From Bilabrum cf. latius (taxonomy: Eukaryota), in assembly GCA_965178125.1 (NCBI GenBank), contig OZ237755.1:620001-684000 (forward strand): DNA of 64,000 nucleotides. The letters run 5' to 3'. The notes beneath the pieces were generated by a model. It made no database searches. It was not told the origin of the DNA and saw nothing but the letters and a program-made list of their open reading frames with translations. Shown here piece after piece: positions 45,007 through 57,382 of this stretch; position 1 is the first letter of the stretch; every line of letters begins with the position of its first letter. The position numbers and the translations under genes are program-made.

Positions 45007-46415
45007 TTAGTACTGCCTGAACTCTCCCCGGTACATGTACCCAGTAGATGCCTGGGGACTATCCGGGGCTATCACCTCTCCGAGTCGTTCTTCCTCCTCC
45101 TCGGGGTCATCCTCGGCGAGGAGCACTTCCTCTGGCAACTCTCCAGGCTGCAGCACTTGCTCGGCCACTTCGATGCCCGCGGAACTCGCTGGGCTAGTTC
45201 CCACGTTAATGGTCCTTGGTGGCACCGAAACGAGCTCATCTTCTGCGTGAATGGGGTCTTTGTCCCCAGGTGCTAGTGGTACCCTCGGCCAGCGTGCGCC
45301 AGCATCGGAAACGGACGAGCGAGCGCTGCGGGGTTGGTTCTAAAGCAGGTGCTCGGCTCCGAGTTCTCGACCGGCATGACTGTTCCGATACTACCCACCG
45401 CCAGCCGAGTTCTGCCGCTTCTGCTGATGCCCAGCCGATGCACCTGCTTCAACTGACTGGGTGGTTGTCCTGCTCTACCATCCTCTGCGAGTTGCACCAT
45501 GATTTGGTCCAGCGCTTGATTCCTCGGAGTGCGCTCGCCCGGCGTGCCGCGCGCCTGGAGCCCCACGCTGCTAGCTCTGCTGCCGGTGGACTTGGTCCTG
45601 CCGGTGGACTTGGTCCTGCCGGTGGACTTGGTCCTGCCGGTGGACTTGGTCCTGCGTCCCGTCCGATGGGGCATGGCCAACCGAGCTAGCGCCAGCTCCA
45701 GCTTCATGCGAATTCCACTGCGGCTGCTGCCGAATCCACGGGACGGTTATTTCGAGAGACTCTGGGATGCGAGTCATCTCGTGCCGGAAGCACCGCTATC
45801 GCCCACGCGGGCACACAGCCCGGGCCGGGACTGTCCGGTACGTCGTCCTCTGCAGATCGGGGAGGATCGCCAAGTGTGCAGGGCTGATTCCGTGGGTGTT
45901 CTCCATAATTGATGGGATATCGAGCTTTGTTTGCACCGAATCGCCTGCGAGCGCTTGAGAAAGCAGCAGAAAGCGCTGGAAATCCAATGGCTGAGTGGGG
46001 GGCTGACTAGACTCTGTGCCGCATGCCAAATTCCAGCCTGAACTGCGTCGATCATGTTGTACATACATATAATCAAGCGCTTCTCACCGGAAACCTCGAG
46101 TATTTGATCGCCAGTTGCCATCAAGGACACACGGCCAAGGCTGGAAGATCGTGGAAACACGTGCAGAAACTGCGTAACTCCGCCTGTCGTGGGGTCCGCC
46201 TTGATGGAGGATTGAACCGAGGCAGGCTTGAGTGATCGTTCGTATTGCATGCCACTGATTCTGCGTCTTGGCATCCTTGATTCGAGCCACGGTCGCAGCG
46301 GCATGTCCCTCGACAGTCCCCCGAACGGGCGGAAGCCGAACGGATGATGCGAAAGCTGCGCTGCTGATAGCAGAGCGCTAGTCGCAACGCAGAGTACCAA
46401 AGCAAATGAGTTCAT
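45007..46415 (-). CDS. Hypothetical secreted protein; exon structure unresolved
   Basis: Signal peptide-like MNSFALVLCVATSALLSAA; an acidic ORF lies downstream; frames do not join without introns. Confidence 0.3.
45580..45655. repeat. 4 x 18-bp tandem repeat
   Basis: (CTGCCGGTGGACTTGGTC)4. Confidence 0.9.
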
Positions 46416-47068
46416 GGCTTTGCAATCTTGATACTCCAGTGCAAGTGTGAAGTGACACGTTGCAAGAAGCAACTTCTTGCAGAATACCGGAACCGAAACG
46501 GAGCGAAGAATCTTCCTGCCATGTTGCCGGAAACATGGCAGGTGCTAACATTCAGAAAAGACGTGTCGAAAAAGCAGCATAACAATCTCGTGTTTGCTTG
46601 TGACGCAGAGCAGCTGCGCGCAACAGTGGTCGTATTCATGCGCATTCACTGATTGAATGGAGATCGTTGGAACTGTTGGAACCAGCCACCGTTTGTCAGT
46701 ACTGTATGTATTACACAAATAATATCATAGTGCCCCAATACATCTAAGTAGTACTGAGAAGGCTAGCGAAATAATAGAGCCGAAATGTATGATTGTTTCG
46801 GGCGATTTGCAGCCTGCAGCAGCAAACACTGCAAAAGCCCGGCTCCTGAGAGGAAGTATTAAACACCTTAATGTAGAATTTAACGAAAAGCTCCAGGCCA
46901 TGTTGCGGTCCTGCAACTTCAGGTGCGACCAAGCAGATTTGGCGATCTATTGGTTGCGACCGGCCGTTATCTGGCTCCGAACGATCCTTGTCCGTTCACG
47001 GGAGGTTTATTTATCTTTGGGCAAATACTTATAGTGTGTAGCAGATCGGCATTCAAATATTATTATTA

Positions 47069-50000
47069 ATGGACTAGTTGCCCCCGCCTGTGATAAGACA
47101 AGCGACAGACCGAGAGGAACGGCATCAGGAGGTCCTCGAACACATGAACCACGCTGCTGCAAGTGGCGATGATGGCGCTTTGAATCCAGGTGTAGGCGTC
47201 TCAGTTCGTGATTCACTAGCATCAATGTCGGCATCCAGTAGTTCGAGTAGTGAGGATGATAAGGCCGAGCACCATTCCGAGGCAATGGCACAACCAGAGC
47301 TTGAGCAAGAATCGAAGCAAGAAGCTGCAGAAGCAGAATATGAAGATGACCGGTTCGAGGAGAGCGCAGATTAGGGGCAACTAGAGCCAGCTGAAACCAC
47401 AAGCTAGGACGAGCAGCCAGATGATCCTGCGAACGCTTCGAATGCCAGCACGCGCGATATCGAACAGGTCAGCTCCAAGGCAGCAGCAGCTGGGCGCCTG
47501 CAGGAAGAAGTGGGAGAGCAGGACGATGAAGAACCCGAGTCTTTACTCGGTCTAGCAAACCGTGATGACAGTGAACCTGGACATCTCGCTGCCGGGCAGT
47601 CCGAGAATGAGCCCGCCGGCCGGACGCCCCACGCCAACGCGACGTCTGCGGCAGCCGAAGGCACGTCTGGTCAAACCAACGGGAGCAAGTAGCCACGCCG
47701 CCTGAAAGCAGACAGGATTAGAACATCTGATCGACTAGCGAGCGTGTCGAACGTGCTCTCTGTTCCTTGCTTGAACGTCAAGGCAGCGGCCAGTGCGGCC
47801 ATCCTGCAGGCAGAGGGCTGGTACAAGCTAGGAGCCGCAGGATCTTCGGGAGACACCGAAGCATCAAGCAGCCCTTCCGATGATGCCAGAGGTGATGCAG
47901 GCCCGGAAGCGCATGGCAACAGGCAGGGCGAATAGGCCGAGTAGCCAGCTCTTGGCATCGAGGGCGAAGTCACGAAGAGCAATGGCTCAGGGGGCCGCCC
48001 GGTTCTAACCACTGCAGCGGCTGTCGCGATGACTGCGGCAGTAGAGGCCGTGATCCGGTACTCCGCACACCTCGGCTACAATTCCGCGGCCTCCGACGCC
48101 AGCGCCACTGACGCAGCGGAAACGAAGGGCCGTGGGAAGCACAGACTCACTGCGAGGGCGCTGCAGGTGGCATTGAGACAGTGCAGCGACCCGGTCTTGG
48201 ACCCCGTTCAGTCGCAGGAGCTGGCGTGTTTTATGGACAAGCCGCTCTGGCTGCCTGCCTGGTCCATCACGGAGGAATCGGAGCCGAAAAGCGACGGTGC
48301 TGGGCACAGGCAAGGACAACACGGTGATGGTGGCGGCGTTGCCTCTGCCCATCCGTTGCAGGCAGCCGGTAGCGGACAGCAGGCCACCTACCAGTCCAAG
48401 CGACCCTCCCCGCTGGTTCCCAAGCCGAGTCGCCCCATGCCACCCCCGCCCTCTCGAAGTGGGAGGTCTCCGCCCGCAGGAGGCGATGCCGGGGCCGAGT
48501 TCGTGGACGCCGCAGAGTCAGGAAACGGCCCCGCGTTGCCGCTCAGAAAGCTCTTGGAGCAGCTGGCCAACACTCGGGCAGAGCTGCGTCGGCGTGCTGC
48601 GCTTGCCATGGAGCAGTGCACTGCACTCTCCGACGGGCGCGACCACGCCGGCTTGCACGTTGGAGTGGCGGCTATGGCTCTATCACCGTAGTCCAAGACC
48701 ATTGCCGAGAACGCCTGGTCGCTGCAGCAGTCCATGCGGGCCTTGCACGGGCAAAGGGATCCAGCAGACGGGAAAGTAGTGCTCGTGCTGCCGGAAGATC
48801 CTTGGAAGCACCGGTCCCACAAGAGCACCATCACGGCTGGTGTCCCTGCGGGTGAGACGAAGGAACAGAGCTTCGGGAGCGATGTCGGGCTGGCCATTGG
48901 CGAGAGCAAAGAGGACAGCAAGCGCATGCAGGAAGACGCGAGAGACTCTGCCGCTGAGGTGGCCAAAGTCGTCCAGAAGCGCGGCGAAGTTGACCCGCCT
49001 CTGCCTGCATTCGCGAGAGAGGACGAGGACGAAGTGCTACCGGGAGGCATCGCGCCCAGCCTGCTGGATATCCTGGATTCTGCAGCCATGGCCAGCCTCG
49101 ATGGAGCGGATCAGATGCTGAAGCTGCGGGGGTTGGACACGGAGTTCGTCCAACAACGCGCCAAGCAGCTCGATGACGACAATTGCGGCGACCACGAAGC
49201 TGAAGGGCACAACGAGGCGCCCGGTGAGTTCCCGCTGCATGCAGGCCAATCCAGTGAGGCCGTGGAAGACAGAACCACCGTGCACCCTACAACTGGTCGA
49301 AGTGATGGCACAGCGCCCAGCCAAGTAGGTGCTGTGGCTGGGGCTGCAATCGGCACTGCACCACTTGCAGGTGATCTTGGCGTACCCGCAGCGATAGGTC
49401 CCATCTGCGACACCAACTTGGCTGTGCTGCCTGTGGATGCCGCTGCTTGCCTGTGGCCGCATCCAGCCGACACCTTCTCACTCGGAGCAGGTGGCCACGA
49501 GGGCATGCCTGGGGCGTCAAGGGTCCCGATCGTGCCAGATGCCACGGATGGTGCGCTGGCTTGCCTCAGCGCGATTGGCAGGGCTCTCCTCCTGTCGATT
49601 TGCTCGCGGCTTGCGTCTGCCAGGGCAACTCGGTCCCAAATGCTGGCGCAGTGCGACTCCCTGGAACCAGGGAAACACGACGACATGGCTGAAGATCCGG
49701 ACCATGCAGAACCGAAACCGAAGGAGCATGTGCATGGCAGCCCAGGATTAGCGTGCCAGGATCCGCCACCGTTCACTGCGCTTGACGTATCAGCTGCAGT
49801 GCTCTCAATCCTCCGTTCTGACGCTGTCGCAGAGGCCAAGGACATTTTCGCCATGCAGCCCTGGGCGGCGGATCACTTCGAGGGTCACGCAGGCGGGGGC
49901 ACGTCACTCCGGCACGCACCCTGCGTGTCGCTTCGGTCGTACGTCGGCGTCAGCATCGGGCGGGCGCTTCGATGGTGGCGCGTGGAGGGGATGCCGAGCC

Positions 50001-53000
50001 CCTCTCCTGAGATCTTGGGGCAGGTGGCGCTCGCTGAGCCGACCTCCACTTCGATCGTGTACCCGCCCCCGCCCCGAACCAAGGAACGCCAGTAGCCCAG
50101 AAGCTCCTCAATTCCGGCGAAAGACATGACCCTGAGCGCTTCGCTGGGCGCCAGGCTCAACGTGGATCCGAAGAAGCCGACAGCAGCACGGTTGGGATCT
50201 CTCCTTCAGCTTGCTGCCGAGAAGTTTGGCAGCCGTCGAGATGACATGGTCTTCTGTTACAGGGGGCAGTTCCTTGACGACAGGCACACACCAGCCGAGA
50301 GCGGGGCAGACGCATCCACGCTAGAGGCAGCCTGGTGCCTTGTGCCCGTCCCAGTGCTGCGAGTCGCAGACCCTTCGAAGCCGGGCCCCGGGCAAGCAGA
50401 TGCAACCGGGACCATCGTTGCTGCTGGGCAGCAGCAGCCTCAGCAGCAGGCACAGTCCAGAGATGTGGACAGCAGCGATGCTGCAGCGAGTGCAAGAGGT
50501 CCATCGCGGCTCGGTCCCGGCGGACCCATCCTCAAGGCGCCTACCTCTATCCTGCGAGTCATGAAGCTGACCGCTGCAGCAGACGCTGCAGCTGACAAGG
50601 CTGAGCGGTCATAGGGTCGGAATGGCAGAGATGCCCCACGAGAGGCCTAGGCAGTCACCCCGTCGGCTTCCTCGGCGGAGTTGCATCCGGAGTTCGAATG
50701 GGACGAGGAGGATTTAGGCCTGTCGCGCAATTGGTCTTCCTGCGAGGAACCCGAGAGCCTTGGATTCATGGCTGAGCTGGTCAAGCCAGTCAGCACGCTG
50801 GTGGAGGAGGAGCTGTGGGACATCGCAAGGGCGTCGTCAGATGCCAAGGTGAACAGGAGGAAGAGGAGGGCGTCAATCTCTGGCAGGGTGCGGAAGCAGC
50901 CCCCTACAGACACCGAGCTCGCCGTTGGGTCGCTGTTGATAGCTCTGCATGCCATCGCCCCCGCGATCGCACGCAGGTCACTTCGAGTTGCAGCCCACGA
51001 TGGCAATCCGGGTGGAGCCGGTGGGGACAGCAGCGAGCAGAGTGCAGGCGTTGGCGAGCTGGCCGCTTGGAGGCTGGGTCCGGATGATGCGGAGGAGCTG
51101 GGCGTACCGAGGCGCGAAGCGAGCTCTGGGCTGAGTGTTAGCGCGTCCAGCTCGATCAAGCAGCAGCTGGGGGGCATCAGATTGGGTCCTGCTGGGCAGG
51201 TGCAGCGGAACAGTCACAAGGGTGTTGTTACACCCAGTCAGTAGCCGAGCATAAGCGAGTTCCTCGGCGGAGAACGCTCGACGCCCGATTTGCACAGGCG
51301 CGCTCGCACACCCACGATGATCGGTGGGCCCGATGGCCCGGGCCAATCCCTGGATCTGGTACCAATGGTTGGTCCGGAAGGCAACGCGCCATCCTTCAAC
51401 AGTGTGGCTTCTCTCCACCAAGCAGGGCAGGGCCACCAGGAGCCGCTGTTCGCCGACCAAACGGCTCTGTTTGGGATAACTGCGATGCAGAAGCGGCACA
51501 TCCACTACGGTAGCTCGATGCAAGCCGTTTGGATGGCCGCTTAGCAGCTCGACCGCACCAGGTGCCTCAGGCAAGTCATGTCAGACATGCCGGTCAGGAG
51601 GCGACGCGCGTAGAAATCAGGCGAAGCATTGCATTTGAGCTAGCAGTTTGAAAAAGGGGGCGATGAGACGTAGGCCGCTGTGGTGGAGACCATGGCCGTG
51701 TCACCACCTCCTGGGTGGCAGGGACCCGACGGCGACAGCACCGCGGGTCTGTCGGCAACTGACGAAGGGAATGGCCTTCCGGTCGTTGAGGAACAGGATA
51801 ACGGGGATCATGACTCGGACCAAGACCAAGGCGAGCTGAGTGGCCACGAGTCAAGCCCTACCAAACCGTATCGCGCTTGGGACCCGGTTCGTACCGCTGG
51901 TAAGCAGCGAACGCTGCAGCATCGCCTGCGACTGCGAGCCTATCGCCGCAACAGGCGACTTGAGCTGCACGGCTTTGTAGGCGATGAAGAATAGACCCGG
52001 CCTGCACCAGGTGTTGCACTCAGCGCCAAGCAAGCCGTCGTGCAGAAGCTTCACAGCCTGCTTCGTGGGCCGAGCGCGACCTCGCCTGGTGAATCCATGG
52101 CCGCAGTGCGACTGGCGGCCAAGGGAGCTGCGCTGCAGACGGTACTCACGGCTGCCGCTTGGAGACAGTCAGCACTGGCTTCGCACGCCTGTGGTCAGAT
52201 AGCAGGGGAGATCTCTCGCCTGCGGCTGTGCGCTCGCGTGCTTGCAGTACTAGGAGGCATCGCTTCGATGTGGAAGGACGAGAGCGCGACCGGCGGGCTG
52301 GAGCGAGCTACAGAGGGCCGCCAGGTGCGGCGGGAGCTCAAGCACCAGAATGCGGTCCGATAGAGGGATGAGCGCGCTCTAAGATCACAGCACCGTAGGG
52401 TGGCCAGAGTGCATCAGCTGCTGCGAGCAAGGGCCCGCGCTGAAGACCTGACCGCAAGGCAGGAAAGGGAAGAAAGGTGGGCAGCAGCTGCCAGGTCCGC
52501 TGGCCACGCCAGCCAGACGACGCTCCGAGCTGGGATCGTGAGGGCCGCTGAGGAGCAGGAGCAGCAGTTAAAGGAGCACGAAACCGAGCTCAAGCGAAAG
52601 AAATAGGCGTACCTTAACAGGCTGCGGGAGGCCGGGCTTGCGGCGGGCCGTCCTCAAGATGCAGAGGGCAAGGAAGGTTTGTTCGAAGATGAGGAAAGCA
52701 TGGGTGCGGCGAGGGAACACCTGGAGCGGCTCGAGGCACAGCTGAGGCAGGAGTTGGACCAGCCTGCTGCTGATGACATTCGGGCTGCGACATTCGGCGC
52801 TCCCGATACTGGAGCAACACTCTTTGCCAGAGGCGGGGCCTACAGAGCAGCTGGCAGCATAGATGCCATCGTGCCTCCCCCCTGGTCTCGCCAGGGAGCG
52901 GGAAACAGCCTAGCTCGCGTGTTTTGCAAGGAGAATGGGATGCCTTTCGGGCCTACGAGCAGCAAATCGATCGCTCGCAGGGCACGCGGCAGCAGGTCTC

Positions 53001-55693
53001 GCGGCAAGGGAGCCAAGGAGCACAGAAAGGGTGGGCATTAGCGGCGGATCGCGAGCGTGGATGCTGCGCAGGGCGATCTTTACATTGGAGGGTAGTTGCA
53101 AGAAGGAAAAGGCGCAGATAATGAGGACGAGGAGGAAAATGGGGCAAAGCACATGACGGGCGGTGGCAAAGGTAGGGTGAAGAAGCGTGGCACGGGCAAG
53201 AAGGCGTCGCCTCGGAGACGGCGCAAGCCGCAGCACAAAGATGCCTCGAAGGACAGGGCGGTCCCTGTTCCCGTGCCCAGCACACGCGCTATCGAGGGCC
53301 GCTCTGACGAGGTCCCACAGACCCAGCTGCACCATAGCAGTGCCACTGGCGCAGGTTTCGGTGAGCCTGCCAGGAACGGTGCTGACGTGCCGGTGATCAC
53401 CACTACTGGCGTGGTCGTCCGTCGGAGTGCACGGAGGGAAGTCAGAGGTGCAGCAGCGAATGGACCCCCATCTGCCTTCTTCGTGGGCGCGAGCAAAACA
53501 GACGACCTCCCAATCGATCGTGGAGCGCATGGCACGAAGCCGCAGCAGCGCCAGCCCAAGTACTCCCAGCAAGCGGGCGTTCTCAAGTTTCTGTACGGGC
53601 CAGCGTACACCACGACCACGCTGGCTAGAGACCCGCCGCCTGCCGTGAAGCAGCATCAAAAGTCAGGTCGTAGGGCTGCTGATGGTCGTCGGGGAGCCAG
53701 CAAGCGGAAGGCCGGTGGCAGGCACAAGCCGAAAGCACCCCGCCGGGACACCCCAACTCGAGATCCGGCGCCCGTCGATGCCTTAACTGCGCAAGTGGAG
53801 CCCACGCAATTGAGTGTTACGGCGGAGGAGGCCGGATCCGACAGGCTGGATGCAGCCCCTGCAGCCGGCCAGGACGCTGGCGCATTCGCAAGGCCAACCA
53901 ACAGACACGGCAGCCGGCGTGACGTCATCGCGGCAGCGGAATAGGAGGCAAACTCTAAAACTAGTGAATCCCCTGAAGGGGCTGGAGACACAGGTGCCTT
54001 GTCTCTGACCGAGGAGCACGGCCCGGGGGACGGACTCGGAGCTGCTGCAGTTCCCAGGCCGCCTGGAGCGTCGAGCGGGAGGGCAGGCAGGCCCAGACCC
54101 CAGGGTGGCAGGCGCGTGCGCGATTCATCGCTTTCAGACAAACTGCAGCGGAGTGTCCTGGAGGAGAAACGTGGCAGGGGTGGCAAGAAACGCCGAGCAC
54201 CAGCCGCGAGAAAGGCCTCCAAGAGAGCGAAGGTGGCGGAGGATGATGAGCCGGTGGTGGGAGCGGCAGGGACTGCGGAAGTAGTGCACGCAGCTGCAAG
54301 TGGTCAGCGACACAGGAAGCGAAGCCGTAAGCAGGGTGCCAGCACGTCCGCGACCCGCTCTTCAAGGCAGAAGGCATCACCGCGAGCCTCGAAGAAGAGT
54401 AAGACCGAGGCGGAGGCGACCGATGCCGCTGAATCGTCTACCGCGCAGGGGCACAGAGGCACTGGTGGCGGCAGCTCGGAGACCGTGGGCTCACCTTCCA
54501 AGCAAGCGAAGGGTTCGAAGTCCTCCAGCAAGTCGAAGCTGTCCAGGAAATCTTCGAAGGTAGGCAGCAGCCCCTCCAGAAAGCCGAAGGCCGCAACGCA
54601 AGCGGCCTCGCCCAAGCCCCCTGTCGACGATCCAACACTGCCGAAGAAGCGCAGCTTCCGTGCGCGCAAGATGCCCTCGTTTAAGAAGCCGGCTGTGTCA
54701 GCTTCTGCAGCGCGCACCGAAGAGACCCGGCTGAAACGCATCGAGTCAATGAGGCAAGAGAAGGAAGCCAAGTCTCCTCTGGACCTGAAAAAATCTGGAT
54801 CGTTCGCGCGCAAGCAGTCGAGTCCGTCAAAGCAAACGACCGACGGTGCAGCCAAATTGACTGCTGCAGCCCCGGCAAAGCAGAGCGAATCGAATTCAAA
54901 GGCACAGCGCAACTAGGACAGGCTTGCACTTGCGGGTGCGGGTGCAGGAACTGCATCAGCCGCTGCTCTCGGTGATTTGCCAGCTGCTGCTGAGGACGGG
55001 CTGGGAGATGACATCAGCGATGATGGTGATAGCTACAGCAGCGATGGCGAGGAGGCGGCTGATGCTGGGGCTGGGAATGATGCAGAGGAGGCGGCTGATG
55101 CTGGGGCTGGGAATGATGCAGAGGAGGCGGCTGATGCTGGGGCTGGGAATGATGCAGAGGAGGCGGCTGATGCTGGGGCTGGGAATGATGCAGAGGAGGC
55201 GGCTGATGCTGGGGCTGGGAATGATGCAGAGGAGGCGGCTGATGCTGGGGCTGGGAATGATGCAGAGGAGGCGGCTGATGCTGGGGCTGGGAATGATGCA
55301 GAGGAGGCGGCTGATGCTGGGGCTGGGAATGATGCAGAGGAGGCGGCTGATGCTGATGCTGGGAATGTACCGCCGGCGGAAAGGCCTGGAAACGATAGCG
55401 GAGCAACCGGTGCGGGGCCCTCTGGCGCACCCGATACGGACGCAGGCAGGGCGGCTTCTGATGGGGCTGGCAGCCTCAGCGACTCGGGGTCTGAGTCGTA
55501 CCTGACCGATTCTGGGGAAAAGGACAACGACCAGATGACTAGCGAGGCGAGCGCGACTCGGAGCGCGACCGTGCCGTCAGTGACCGCAGGCGTTGGGGAT
55601 GAGGACGGTGCTGGTGGTGGTGATAGGCCTGCGGCGCCGAATGACGCGCCAGCTGACATGGCTTTATCGGACGATGACAGCGATAGCGACTAA
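47069..55693 (+). CDS. About 2874-aa largely disordered protein with a central ubiquitin-like segment and acidic C-terminal repeats
   Basis: 15 listed ORFs (47078 to 54977) are all in one frame; ends at TAA 55691-93. UBL-like FCYRGQFLDDRHTPAESG near 50250. Confidence 0.75.
55049..55367. repeat. About 9 x 36-bp coding minisatellite (EEAADAGAGNDA)
   Basis: Eight perfect copies plus one variant copy. Confidence 0.92.
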
Positions 55694-56357
55694 ATAAATG
55701 ATTTGGTAAAATCTACACCGCAGGCTGTCCTCTTTGCATCCAACACATGCACTGGCAGCACGGCACCTTCCGCATTGCAATGAATTGGCCAGTGCTCGCG
55801 GACGCACTTCTTTGATGATTGGAACCAAGTTTGGCTTTAAATTCCAATTGGATGCCTACATCCGTGCCTTTTGTTCATCATGGCCTGTGCCTGGCTACAT
55901 GAGCTCGCGCACGCCCCAACCTAATAAAAAGAAAACTGGCGAACGCTGCCCCTCAGCGCCCGAATAGCACGCGGCTTGATTGCCGCTCGAGTCTAATTGT
56001 GACCTCTCAACTTCCACATCCGCATGTGGTCGGTGATCCGATCCCCCCTGATCCGAGTCACTCGTCACACATGCCCAACCCACACCTGCCCGGCCTGTGC
56101 CTCCCCCTTCCTATCCGCCTCATCAACCCAATGACCCCACCGGTCATCTTCTCTTCCACCATTTCCTCCCCCGTTCCGGTGAACCGTCGTCCCCCCCTCC
56201 CTTTTCTCTACCCTCCCCCCCCTAGCCCTCTGCCCTCTCTCCCTCTCTCTCTCTCGCACTCCTCCGCATCGCTACGTCGCATCTGAGCCTGCTCCTCGAG
56301 CGGGTCCTGCGCCCACCGAGCGACCTCAATCTCAGAGACCTTGCTGGCCTCACCAAC

Positions 56358-57078
56358 CTTTTGCGCTTGTCTCAGCGTATCGCACGCGCCAAGGGGTCCA
56401 TTCCATAGAGCCATCCGTAAGTGGTATTTCAAGTGATTTCCCAGAACTAGGCTATGGACAATCGTTCACTTCATTGTCTATCCTGCACTTCTAGACTTTC
56501 GTCTCGACATCTGCACGTGCTCTATGTATTCCCCTAGCAGTGGTGGCAAGCGGATTCCCTTCGGCATCAAAAAGGTCGTCACTTGCATCACTCAAATCTG
56601 AATCTTCTGCGTCGGCCTTTAGAATATCAGCCTTGCAGCCAACCAAGAATATCACAGCGTCAGGTGCAAAACCCAAGCAGTCCTCTATTCGCCTAGGAAG
56701 AGTATCTAAGGTCAATCTGTTGCTCAGATCAAAGCAACACAAAACTGCATCTGCATCCTTCACGTAGATGCGGCTGAGGGCGCGGAAGCGTTCCTAGCCC
56801 GCGGTATCAACGATCTGGCACTTTGCCGTTGCACTGCCAAGCTCACCTGCCACCTCAATGTCAACGAAAGACAATCCAGCGCCTGAAGTTGTCTAAACAC
56901 TATCCGTGTATGTGTTATCTACCGCTCTCTGCGCTAAACACGATTTACCCACCCCCTCAGCGCCAATTGTTATTATTTTGAACTTGTGATCGCCGCCAGC
57001 AGGAACTTCGGATTCATCCTGCTTCACAGGCACAGAGGGCTCCTCAGCATCCATTGGACTTGATTGAGAGCACCCCAT
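56358..57078 (-). CDS. Rab-like small GTPase with N-terminal MGC acylation motif (first exon; last exon probably below 55921)
   Basis: GAEGVGKS, DTAG(TAG)ERF, LVGCKAD and ETSAK in one frame across four TAGs. Confidence 0.88.
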
Positions 57079-57382
57079 GAGGCTAAGCTCAAGCAGCTTC
57101 TTCAGGTGTGAATAAGTCTGGTTGCATAGCCCACGTCGACGAGCACAGCCGGAAGTTCCGTTGAATCGGGTGGACAAAGAGACAGAGTTCAGAATGCCAA
57201 CCGACAGACAAAAATTGATGGTGATCGCACACACACACAGAAATGGAGTCGCTTTGCTCATTCTGTGCCGTATGCCGCAAACAGCCGATTCCGCCGTCCT
57301 CCCCTGGCAGCATGAGTTGCCCGCACACTGGCAGGCCCGTTAAGACCGGTGCCGTAGTACATCCCACACTACTGCTCGACTA

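Noticed and set aside
55049-55367. 36-bp repeats as a CRISPR array
   Set aside because: No spacers; head-to-tail coding minisatellite in a eukaryotic gene.
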